Part shown: positions 25,099 through 36,639 of the stretch, piece by piece | Layout: the number at the start of each line of letters is the position of its first letter | How positions within the stretch are numbered: the first letter of the stretch is position 1 | Notes under the pieces: generated by a model | Seen by the model: only the letters and a program-made list of their open reading frames with translations | The model's database searches: none | What the model was told of the DNA's origin: nothing | Program-made: the position numbers and the translations under genes | Source of the DNA: Chara braunii | Lineage: Eukaryota > Plantae > Charophyceae | Direction: 5' to 3' | NCBI GenBank assembly: GCA_003427395.1 | Contig: BFEA01000010.1 | Coordinates: forward strand, 5,321,946-5,385,945 | DNA: 64,000 nt

Positions 25099-27246
25099 GT
25101 ACCCCACTGAAGACTCCAACGTCTACCACATGGACGACTTGGCTGACGCAATCACAAGGAACAAACCAAACACATAATACATCTGCACTACCATAACAGG
25201 CTCTTTGAAGGAATCAAACCAAGAACACTATTCCAAACACTCATCAAAAAACACATTCCTCAAACACTTAACTCTCTCGATCATTTCACGTTTGGATGGA
25301 CATATGACAATCACATGGCACGAGCACTATACAAACCAGCAACAGTTTTTCATAACTTTGAACTAAATAAATGGTATGAAGAACAAAAGGACAAGTGTTA
25401 CTGCCAACAGCACCGGTTTGAACAATTTACCAAGACCGCAGCCGAAGGACTCATGCCAGATCATATGCCCCCACATGTCATCACCATGAACATGGGTATC
25501 TTCACAAACCCCCAACTCAGGACGATGATTGAAGCAGGAATGAACCACATACCCCCAACACAAAACAACCCTCAATCAATCCACCATGAACGCCACCGAG
25601 CATGGGACGAAGTAATAAAAAAACTCAGATCAGAACATGCAATCCAGCAACAACAAGTAGACGCGGCCACACGAGAATTACATGAGATTTTAACAAACAA
25701 TCTAAAACGATTCCCAAAGAACAACGCTACTAGTATACACAACCATGCCATACACAAACAAATAGAATATATGACCCACAACTTCTACATAACCGGAGTT
25801 GATAAAGCACCCAACACACCCACTGTCTGCTGCATAAATCTACTCAGATTCCTGGCGCTTCAACGCCTCTCAGGACCAGACTTCACACCCACTCAACAAA
25901 GAAAAGGTGAACTCATATACTTCCTCACTCAAAAACTCACTACACGTTTTTCAATGATTCCCATTGGCAAACCAGATATGCCCTACCTCTTCGCCACATA
26001 CAAGAACCACAAAAACAACTTCCGATGGCTTACAAATGCTGCTGACGTACTCCTCTCACCACTTGCAGATGCATGCTCTAAAATCCTAAAAAAACTTCAA
26101 GAACCCATCCAAGAACACTGTGGATAGCTCACTGAACTCACATTGCAAAAAACAGGACACACAGTACCATTCTGGTGGATAATTGATTCCATAGCAGACT
26201 ACATATATAATATCCCCAACAAGGTACACAACCTATTTACAGCCGACATAATCCGCTGTTATGAAATCATCACCATAGACCAATCACCAGATGGACTACC
26301 CAATGTCATACGCTTCTTCGTCAAACTGACATCTACTGCTGCCAAAAAAACATACGGCACCAATGCTACACTACACTATGCATACAGAACAAATCAAGAG
26401 CCACACACAATAGAATGCTCATGGTCTGCACACCCTGACCAAACCAAAACTAAATTTTCAGCCAAAGACATAATACAAATGAACACATGGCTTGTCAACA
26501 ACGCTCACACATCGCTTGGGGATCACACATGGAGACAAACCCTTGGCATACCCATGGGTGTTAGCTGCTCCCCCATATGGTGCAACCTGTACTTCTTCAT
26601 GTTCGAATATAAATTTATGAAGAAACTCACACACAACAGAAACCAGCACCTCCTACCACTCTTTGCCCACACTTTTAGATACTTTGATGACCTACATACA
26701 ATCAATAACAACCAAATCACAAAATTCCCGAACCCAAACATCACAAGCCCCAGAAGCACATACTATATATACCCACTAAAATATGTAACAATAAACGACC
26801 AAACAACATACACCCCCACCATAGGTCACGAACCCATTGGAACAGAATGCAACTTCCTAAATGTAACCATCAAAGTCACCAATGCGCAAGAAGTACTATA
26901 CTCCACCCACAAATTCGATAAAAAAAACCTTCTCAACTTCAATATCACCAGACTCCTCAAATACAACTCAAACAAACCAATAATGCAATCAATAAAAATA
27001 TTAATCCCACAAATAGTCACTATAATGACTATTGAAAATAACAGCATGAATGCAGCCACACAAATTCTCAAACTAATAGACATAATGACTCAAAATGACT
27101 TTCCATCAAGCAGATGCCTGTGCCTAACAATTGACATCCTAAAACATCATGATCAATACCAACCATTCAGATGCTCAACTCAACAAACACTTGATCTCTT
27201 AAATGAACAAATTAGTCAACAACGTGTGTGTGGCCAGTCAAACTGA
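25099..27246 (+). pseudogene. PLE-B reverse transcriptase (Naiad/Chlamys-type); one internal TAG at 26125; no GIY-YIG seen
   Basis: CYC...HVIT...NPQLR...G.NH.P, VDKAPN, PYLFATYKNHK, FRWLT, ADIIRCY, QTLGIPMGVSCSP, RYFDD, FLN. ORFs starting at 25315 and 26143 share a frame. Acceptor TTTTGCATGCAG| at 25098. Confidence 0.92.
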
Positions 27247-27659
27247 CTGGCTGGTACGGATGGAGTACCTTAACCCATGAGAGGGACAAGTTCACCATCC
27301 GCACTTGATCCCCCTCATGACCCCCATCACGTGGGAACGAGGGAGGGACACACACACACACACACACACATACACAAATATACACACACACACACACACT
27401 CATACTTTTTTTATCCCCTCTTCTTCTCATCACCATACAAACCACCCTCCCAAAAAAATAATAATAATCATACACCTTCACACACACACACATAAGCACT
27501 GTCCTACAGATAAACGTATAAAAAAATAAACACACCTTCATGCATGTACATAACTGACCCTGCACATATATATAACCCCCCAAAAAAAAAGAAGCGTGTC
27601 ACGTACCCTCGGCGCATAGCCGACTATTGTACCCCACATATGCGAATTGCAACAGCCTA

Positions 27660-29105
27660 CAAAATAAAAAAAATTAATATGCTCTCACAAAAAACAAAAC
27701 CAAAACGACACCACCAAAACATGGCGCCACTGCACCATACACCAAAACAAAGCTACCATGATTCAAAAACAAAAACAAAAATAATAAAAAAAAGAAGAGA
27801 GAAACACTAACAACAACCCTGTACACATACCGAAAAGAGCACCCAAAACCTTTTCGAAAACGTGCCTCACGCTGCACGGGCATAATGCTAAAAGACAAAG
27901 CATTCGCACCTGCTGCACAACCTCGGCAATGCCGCCGAAACTCTCCGCACCACCATACCTATACTCGATGATAAATCACTGAGCACTACAAAATATGCAA
28001 GCCACCTACATGCCCGCACGCTGGCAGACACAACATACACCACTACGCACTACCAAACGAGCAACACAAGCCTCACACCCGGGTGCTGCCGCGTACGACG
28101 TCTCTTCCACACAACACACCAAATGCCCTTTACCCCCACACCATAGCCGCCTACTGCAATACCCGTCTATCCCACAAAAACTTAACCAGCCATACAAACA
28201 TCCCCCCCACACATTAGTCCATGTTCATCATTCCTATCCCCCCATAACCCCATGCCTAACCACTCACCCCTCGCTGTCCCATGGGGATCCTTGGAGCTGG
28301 TTACATGCCAGCTTGATTCCACGCATGGAGTCATGCAGAAACTACCACCCCTGCCCCAGCATCCACATCCATATATCACATCAACCCACACATACCCTCC
28401 CTCTTGCTACTCTTTACAATCCCTCCTGTCTCTGAAGCAGTGCATTTGCGTGGTTCACTATCCACCTTAGCCTGCTGATCAGTGTTGACAATTGCGTTGC
28501 ACATAGGATCGCCATAGCTGGTGCTCCCTGCACCACCTACGGTGAACGGTGTGCCTCTAGTCGGCAACAACAATTCACCCGGCGGTGCATTGTCTCTGCA
28601 AAAATTCTACCCTGCGACTACCAGCGGCAATTCCAAGGTCTTGTACGATGGCGCAGATCAGGGAGAACCTCCTCGACGCTGACATCATGGAACACATGGT
28701 AAGTTTTTTGCTCCTGAGCAAAAACTTTAGCCCGTTCCCACATGACCTCTTCCCTCACCACCCTTTTGGGAGCCAGAGGATATTCACCCTCTGATGAGCC
28801 GTGACTGGCGCAAGCGGCGAAAAACGCTTTAGGGGATGCGCCCCCCTCCTCCACCAACATTTATGCTGGCGTTGATGGCATTGACCATCTTGCTCCCTTC
28901 CTCCTTCGTTCCTACCCCCTCTTCTACCCCATTGCGCAATAAGGTGCTTGTTGTTGTTGCCACAGGTGCGTACATGGATTACTGACCCCGACTTCTCCGA
29001 CAAGGTATGTGCTCCGATTGCTCACAGACTCTATGGTTTATCTATGGCTGTTGGAGATTCCCATATATGGTTTGCTATGGTTGCATTTTGCACTTCGACA
29101 CACAC
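27660..29105 (+). repeat. PLE-B 3' pseudo-LTR ending in (CA)n
   Basis: Direct repeat of 11835-13275; probably extends further left, where the matching 5' sequence is hidden by the gap. Confidence 0.95.
28787..28835 (+). ncRNA. Minimal type I hammerhead ribozyme, core intact
   Basis: CCCT-CTGATGA-GCCG(TGACTGGCGCAAG)CGGC-GAAAAACGCTTT-A-GGGG. Confidence 0.85.
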
Positions 29106-29106
29106 A

Positions 29107-29142
<36 letters not shown>

Positions 29143-29579
29143 CAAAAACAAATATCAAAAGGCCCCGGAAAAAATATATATATATTTTTTCCATTCGTTG
29201 ATTGTTTCCTTAGGACAAAAAAAAAACAACAAAAAAAAACGTAAAAATGCAGAATACAAAGAACTGCCAACCAACCCCCCCCCCCACAAAAAAACTTTTT
29301 TTGTAATTTCTTTTTNNNNNNNNNNNNNNNNNNNTATTTTTTATAATTCAAAAAAATTATATGTTTCCAAAAAAAAAAAAAAAGGCGATGTTGAGATTAA
29401 AAATCCCTACAACCCCATATATATATATATATATTTTTACCCATTATTTAATTCAGGAAAAATGTGGTAAATTCATGTGACGAGGTCGGTCGCGAAGTCG
29501 CAGACGCGGCCGTATATACGGCCGCCCTCCGAGCTCGACCCTGCAGACGCTTCCGCGGGTGTTTCATAACATTTGGCAG

Positions 29580-29675
29580 ATCCTTTCAAGCCTATTCTAC
29601 GACGCCGCTGATGACGTCAACAACTCCCCGAAGTACCAGCCGATCTCGGACAATGCCGTACGCTTCAAGCACCAG
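29580..29675 (+). CDS. Possible isolated 96-nt phase-0 exon (ILSSLFYDAADDVNNSPKYQPISDNAVRFKHQ)
   Basis: TTTGGCAG| acceptor, CAG|GTGTGT donor, open frame, C-ending codons. Protein not recognised. Confidence 0.3.
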
Positions 29676-30799
29676 GTGTGTCTCTCGTATCACTCACAAC
29701 CTCGTTCCCCAACTCACAGATGCCACATGCACCCAAGGACCACCATGCGCCCCATCCAGCGTACAGCAACGCAGCTCGGCTATGGTTGCCTGCTCCTTCC
29801 AGCTCGCCCGTGAGCGCTTGAGCCTGACCAGCGTTAGCGCAGCATGCAGCCAGTGCCCGAATGTGCAATGCGTAGGCAAACCCTTCTCTATATCGAAGTG
29901 GCCTGCTGTTGCATGCGGTATGGTACTGGGCCTTGACCCAGAAGCTTCTGGTAGGGCCCACGAGGCTGACCCTCTGTCCGAAGAAAACAGGCCCAGGGCC
30001 TGTGGTGGTTACCAGCACCCAACCGCCCTCAGCCTTTGTTCGGTCCACTTTGTATATCAGGCCCAGGACCTGCCTCAGTTACATGCAATGAAAGGCAGTC
30101 TGAGCCTGGGCACTTCCAACCAACTGGCGCTGCGCAACTGCCTGAATTTCCCCAGTTGCGTGGTGACCCCAAAATGACCTGTAGGCCTCGGTCGTGCCTG
30201 CCTTCACTTAGGGCAACCAACTGTGTGGAAAATAGGCCATGTAGGGCATATCGAGGCCCTGTGCCTCACAAATTGGTGGTCGAAGTTTACAATTGACGAT
30301 TTTGTTCTGTACTCATATAACCATCTAAATTAGTCTTCAGATTACATCTGGTAAATTTTCTGACCTACTTTCTGTCTCAAATTCCCAAAGAACAATTCTA
30401 GTTGGGCATTTTGATTCGTAAAGTTTTTATACTTGCTTGCAGGAAATTCATAAGTATACTCTGATGTTGATTTTCAAAAAACCCATCGAAAGTCCTATTT
30501 GGATATCCTATTCGTAAATGCTAATAATAATTCATATACATTTTCTAAATTTCACCGTAGATCAATTTTCTAAATTGTCATGATTCTATTTTCTAATTTG
30601 TCATGATTCGATTTTCTAATTTGTCAATGATTCGTGATGAATTCTGCCTAGTCTAATGATCTTGGTTACTTTGATGATTTTGTTTTAAAAACTTTCAAAC
30701 TTTGACGTGATTTTCCATGTTCCAATTAGTGTTTTCCGATAAGGCTTCTCTCATTGGAGACTGATAGCAAATCTTCTTAGGTGTGCATGTTGCTGTTAT

Positions 30800-32460
30800 A
30801 ATTATGGATCTGCGGTTTTTCAATGCCAAAACGACGCTGGTAGATGTTGGGGTGTTGCCCTGTAACCTGCGAAGCAGGAGCATGAGGCCTGGTAGAGAGA
30901 TCTAGGGATGCTTAGGGGCGGGCATCTCACGAAATAATCAAGGATTGATGCTTGGAGGATGTCGGTCGGAGCTGGGGTGAGTTGTGTTGCCCTGTAACCT
31001 AGCGGTGGCGGTGTGAGGCTGGGCAGACTCAGGCAGAGAGTATGACTGCGTTGGCGAGCCTGAGTAGGGTTGTTATAGTCTTCTTGACTTTTTTGCAAAT
31101 TGTCAACTAGGTATTTTTTAGCCAAAAAACATACGATTAAGGGAAGCAGATTATTCGCACGGACGGGTGGGAAGTTCGTAGGGGTGTAACATGGGAAGGG
31201 CCTTAGTCTTCGTCAATAGGTCAGAAGGACGTGGTTGGAACGACGCAGGCCGGTGCTGGAGCGTTGCTCTGTAGCCTGGGGGAGCGTGAGGCTTGGGGAG
31301 CTCTGTCGAGGGAGGAAGGCAGAACCACCACGTTCGACGCAGCCGTTGTTGGGGTTTTATTCCTATCACCTCCGGGCGTGCGGCTAATGGGAGTTGTCGA
31401 GGGAGGAAGGCACTCCTTGCCGTCTACACCAGGCTGGTCGGTAATGGGGCATGGTGATACCCTGTAACCCTAGCATAGGGGGTTATGAGACCAACCGCGT
31501 TTAGGTTCGAGGACTGATCACGGGGACTTCGTTTTTCTCCAATTCTTGCGTGGGAAGTTTGCTAGTCGGTGGTTTCGGTTCGGATTTTTTGCTTTCAATT
31601 AGTTGTATGTCACTCATGTCCTATCTCGTAAAAAAAAAAAAAAAAACAACGGGCGATGTGTTCGGATATGGCTATCCTCTAGAGGTTGTGATTGTTCTCG
31701 GTGGTTGTGGTAGAACGCTTTTAGGCTCTTGGGACTCCTTGCAATTTCCTTGAGGCGATTTTTAATGTTGTTTTATTCATGGACCTGCGGTTGTTCGATG
31801 CCAGAACGACGCTGGCTGGTGCTGGGGGGTTGACGCTGTAACTTGTTGACAGCAGGAGCTTGAGGGCTGGTAGAGAGATCAGGGAATGCCTAAGGGGGGC
31901 ATTTCACGGGACAATCAAGGTCTCCTATCGAAGAAGATGCTGGCCGGAGCCGGGGTGAGTTGCCCCGCCCTGTAACCTATAGCGGGGGTGAGAGGCTTGG
32001 TAGAGCTTGGTAGGGAATAAGACAGTGTCTGAGGACTTCGAGGGTGTTAGGACCCTGTGGCGCTTTAGAGTGTTTGAAGACAATTTCTGGGATTTTCGCT
32101 GGTGGATAGTCTCCCAAATTTACCTCAAATAGCATTGATTTTTGTTAAAAAAAAAGAGAGAATGTTTTAGGATACTGGGGACTTCTAGCAACTTGCTTTA
32201 GGCTATTTGATACTGATACGTTCATGGATCTGCGGTTCTTTGATGCCAGAACGACGCTGGCCGGTGCTGGGGTGTTGCCCTGTAACCTGCTGATTGCAAG
32301 AGCGTGAGGCCTGGTAGAGAGATTTGGGGATGCTTTCATTCCAAGGGACAACCAAGGGTAGCTGTTGGGACGACGCTGGCCGGACCTGGGGCGAGTCGTG
32401 TTGCTCTGTAACCTAGCCAGGTGGGGTTGTGAGGCCTGGGAGAGCTCGACAGGGAATACG
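30800..32460. repeat. Higher-order array of a ~70-nt motif, 8 degenerate copies
   Basis: ACGACGCTGGCCGG(T/A)GCTGGGG…TTGCCCTGTAACCT…GTGAGGCCTGG.AGAG at about 30831, 30958, 31240, 31426, 31806, 31936, 32251 and 32370. Confidence 0.85.
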
Positions 32461-32628
32461 ACAGTGTTGGACAGTTTTAGAGAGTTTTGTTTGGGAGTCT
32501 AGGGGTTCTGAGCATTGGAAAAGAGGTGGGTCGTCATTCATAGTTTTTTAACCTCTCCTTTAATTCTCTTGAATTTCTTCAATAGTTCTCAGATTGATTC
32601 TCAGCCGAAGCCAGGTAATGGCCCCGGN

Positions 32629-32721
32629 TTCTTCTTCTTCTTCTTCTTCTTCTTCTTCTTCTTCTTCTTCTTCTTCTTCTTCTTCTTCTTCTTCTTCTTC
32701 TTCTCCTTCTTCTTCTTCTTC
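32629..32721. repeat. (TTC)n microsatellite
   Basis: Directly visible. Confidence 0.95.
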
Positions 32722-32959
32722 TTTGTCTTATCAACACCGTCGACTGAGATCAACCCTTCCCTTATCTTCGTTATCTATATTAGGACGGCGGCAGGCTCGT
32801 TCATTCTCCCCACCTCCTGGTCCCCCTTCCTCTCGGCGTCGTATTGATCCTAAACTGCCTTGTTCATTGTCTGACCGACAACCTGCTTTGGTACGTCGAC
32901 GACGTTCTTCAATTAAATGCCGACCACGCGAAATTAGACCAGGCCTTCCAGTGGTGACT

Positions 32960-33817
32960 GATTCGGATTTGCGAGCAGATCTACCAAACATTTGTGGCCT
33001 GACAGCCACGAATGTTTGTCTGCAACCTTATCAGCGTCAAGGTTATACTGTATCTCAATTTCTCACAATTGCTTATCAGCGTGACGCTGTTGAAAATGAG
33101 TTGTTGTATGACTGTAATGGTCTACCTCCTGAGGATAGTAATTATACTACCACAGGAGGCTTTACTATAAATGTCTTACAGTCAGCATTTCACGGTCGCC
33201 ACCTTCTCATGCCTTATGGGACGCCAGGCGAGGACCTTAATGCCCGTCCTCATATTTCTGCATGCATTTTGCACAAACCCGGGCACTATATGGCAGTCAT
33301 TCGTGCAGCTGCCCAGTGGGAACTGTGGGATGGTAGGACGGTGATTCATGTTATTGTCAACATAAATGAATTCTTGCGAGGTTTGTCGAATCATACACTG
33401 TTCTGGATTGTTGGGCGTCACTCGTGCGACATTTGTTGAGATAGAAATGTGGTGCCTCTTGGTTGTGGATTGCATTATCTATGTCAGCACCATTATCAAT
33501 CCATCGCGACTGCCGCCGTATGTGTGGAAGGGTGTCTAACATTTCCTCATTGTGCACATCCCTATCATCCAGATGTACGTTGTCATTTCTGTTCCCAAAT
33601 ACGCTATCAGAACTGCATGATGTCGCACTGTGACGAACGTCCTGCTGTTTTCTTGACATGTGGGCAACATGTCCTCTGTCGGGATTGTTTCGATGGGATG
33701 GTTCGTGCTAGCCGTCAGGCTGAATGCTGTACTAGTGCAACTCTCCTTGGGTATCCCTGTGAACATCCCCGTCATCCTCACCGTCGTTGTCCTATCTACC
33801 GAGGGGGTGACAGATAA
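32960..33817 (+). pseudogene. Josephin-like deubiquitinase domain fused to two RING-like zinc fingers; one in-frame TGA at 33437
   Basis: NICGLTATNVCLQ…YTVSQFLTIAYQRDAVE…SNYTTTGGFTINVLQSAF…SACILHKPGHYMAVIRAAAQWELWD…FLRGL parallels ataxin-3 SLCAQHCLNNLLQ…FSPVELSSIAHQLDEEE…GNMDDSGFFSIQVISNAL…SFICNYKEHWFTVRKLGKQWFNLN…FLAQL. It continues with CDIC…CGLHYLCQHH…CHFC and C..HC…CGQHVLCRDC…CPIY. Confidence 0.75.
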
Positions 33818-33896
33818 AAAAAAAACCCGAGTAAAAGGAGGGCAAGCCAAGCATGACGACCAATGAGCAGGGGGAACAGGAGGACAAGCTGGTCCC

Positions 33897-33959
<63 letters not shown>

Positions 33960-34052
33960 TCTCCCACGTGTATAGCACAGCTCGAGGTGCCTATGTGTGC
34001 CACAGTGTGCGTGTATGATAGAATGTGTGTATATGCGGGTGTGGACTTGCAC

Positions 34053-34267
34053 CGACAGTCGAGGGTGCGACGACCCCGCTCCTTGAACACCATTAAGCCC
34101 GCCTTATCTATAACTGAAATGGCACCAAGGCATAACAGCAAGCCCGCGTGAACAGATCCCTCTGCCTGAACCCGTGCAGAACCACCATCGCGCAGCAAAA
34201 AGGAAACAGGTCCCTATAACTTACCTGCTGGGGAAGGATTAACACTAATAAATCCTCTCACTGAGAC
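34053..34267 (-). CDS. Possible pair of small spliced exons (34267-34225 and 34113-34053) giving VSVRGFISVNPSPAVIDKAGLMVFKERGRRTLDC
   Basis: CTGCAG|…CAG|GTAAGT and TTTCAG|…CG|GTGCAAGT with compatible phases. Product unknown. Confidence 0.3.
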
Positions 34268-34944
34268 CTGCAGTCGTTAGACTAGAGCTGGTCCACATGA
34301 TTTTTCTCAAGGTTCGAGCAGTCCACTTGTCAATTGTCTCCTTCCCGTTGCCAACGAGGTGTCCATGGGTGAGCGTTGGCATTTGATGGGCCCCCACTAT
34401 CGACGGGGTGAGGGGCCCTTCCCCCCATCTGCGGACTGAGATGATGTTTGTTTCTGTTTCGTTCTTACCCTCATCCTTCGTTTTCTACCTTATGTTTTCC
34501 TTTTCCTGTTTTCATTCTGTGAGATATGGTTTACCCGAGAGAGTGCTTCGGCACTAGGCAGATCCCAGTCGTCCACTCTATTCCTGAACATGAATGCGAC
34601 TGAGCGCCGCTCTAGAGTGGTGTGGAATGTGCTGACTGAACTTCCGCATTGTGCATTTAGCCCGTTGTGTGAGTAATGCCCTCGAGCCCTTCACCTGTGT
34701 TCCTGTTCAATGGCCTTCGTATGAGAATCGATGTCGCACGTAAAAGATCTGTTTCTTGTTCAGATCTCCAACTCCGTCTCCGCGTGTATGAACAGAGGAT
34801 CATCCTCACCAAAACTGCTCCGGTCCCTTTTCCATTTCTTTCCTTCTGAATTGGCCCTTCTTTGCGTACGTCCATTTTATGAGTAAGGGAGTGGAAGGCG
34901 GACGAAGCTCCTTGCCACGGCACCTATCCTGCAACCTGGAAGGC

Positions 34945-34989
<45 letters not shown>

Positions 34990-34990
34990 T

Positions 34991-35032
<42 letters not shown>

Positions 35033-35511
35033 NNNNNNNNNNNNNNNNNNNNNNNNNNNNNNNNNNNNNNNNNNNNNNNNNNNNNNNNNNNNNNNNNNNN
35101 NNNNNNNNNNNNNNNNNNNNNNNNNNNNNNNNNNNNNNNNNNNNNNNNNNNNNNNNNNNNNNNNNNNNNNNNNNNNNNNNNNNNNNNNNNNNNNNNNNNN
35201 NNNNNNNNNNNNNNNNNNNNNNNNNNNNNNNNNNNNNNNNNNNNNNNNNNNNNNNNNNNNNNNNNNNNNNNNNNNNNNNNNNNNNNNNNNNNNNNNNNNN
35301 NNNNNNNNNNNNNNNNNNNNNNNNNNNNNNNNNNNNNNNNNNNNNNNNNNNNNNNNNNNNNNNNNNNNNNNNNNNNNNNNNNNNNNNNNNNNNNNNNNNN
35401 NNNNNNNNNNNNNNNNNNNNNNNNNNNNNNNNNNNNNNNNNNNNNNNNNNNNNNNNNNNNNNNNNNNNNNNNNNNNNNNNNNNNNNNNNNNNNNNNNNNN
35501 NNNNNNNNNNN

Positions 35512-35567
<56 letters not shown>

Positions 35568-36639
35568 TGCATGACTGTGCAGGCAGAAGGAAGTGCGAAG
35601 GAAGACAGTGTGACGAAACAGTCCGAGGAACACAGTCTCGCTGCCAGACAGGAGTGCGCGAACAGGCAGGAGTATCATACGGTCGGTTGCGAGGCAAGAG
35701 CAACAGTATAGGAACGTATAAGAAGCACAGCCTGGGATGAGTATAACGTGGAATGAGAACATACCTGTCGAGGTTTCTCCGTAGTTGAAAGGAAGCCCTA
35801 GGAATGGCGAGCACAACGACGGTGCAGACAACTCCCAGTGCAATGAACCACAGTTTCAGACAGGAGATACTGACGGCAGATGAGCGACTGGTTTGCCGTC
35901 TTGGTAACGCCATTTCTATCTTCCGAGTCGGTATCCGGATCTACGATACGACCTGCTGTCGAGGCGATCACCGAAAGAGGAAGGAGGAGCTGGGACGGTT
36001 CGAGCGAGAATCGAGTCTCTTGCCCTGGTAATCTCTCCTTTCTCAGAGCATACTCACTCATGACTTTCCTGGATGTACCTGAGCAGGCGATAGGAAGCTC
36101 GCCTATCTCCAAGCATACTCACACGAGGACGCTCTTCCTGAATGTACCTGAGCGCAATCACAGCCAGCGCTACATGTATCGGACAGCAACTAGGTTCATG
36201 ACTAAGTCCAAACAGGTAGTGTGATCACGACCTCTGCTATCAGTAGGTTCCCTTCGCATTGAGAAGGAGGTGGCGACGACAACGGTGTATGATGCAAGTC
36301 CTTTTTACAAGTTATCTGACTCGACCGGAATGTGTTTCGATAGGTGTATCAAGCCAACCAATTGAGATAGTCAGGTCGGTATTAGTAGGGTCTTCAGCAA
36401 ACACGGGTGTGAGTGGGGTGTGAGCGGGTCGCATGAGGTGTGTGGGCGGGTGTTGTCCTTAGATACTGGTGTTACACGATGGGTATGGGGGGAGATGAAA
36501 AGGGAGGCGCAGCTACTGGCAAATCCTCAGTCACCCGCGGCCCCAAGCCTGTCCCCGCCGGCGGCCCCAACCCTGCACCCTAAACCACTGTTATATGGCG
36601 GGGACGCAGCCATTCCGGTCGCATGTTTTATGTTCTAGA

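Larger units (their letters stand above)
11835..29105 (+). mobile_element. Giant Penelope-like retroelement PLE-B (~17 kb, repeat period ~15.8 kb)
   Basis: Direct repeats at 11835-13275 and 27660-29105 both contain a hammerhead. A PLE-type RT lies immediately upstream of the 3' repeat, and the + strand is A/C-rich throughout. The 5' end is lost in a gap, and an internal gap and adapter at ~16.55 kb weaken continuity. Confidence 0.75.

Noticed and set aside
29464-30177. 237-aa ORF
   Set aside because: Cys/Ser-rich random-looking translation of GC-rich DNA with no motif.
30565-30635. Three ~23-bp tandem repeats (TTTTCTAATTTGTCATGATTC)
   Set aside because: Ordinary slippage duplication.
30800-32460. 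CRISPR array or HDV/twister ribozyme array
   Set aside because: Repeats are degenerate with irregular, related spacers and no cas genes; no pseudoknot could be built by eye.
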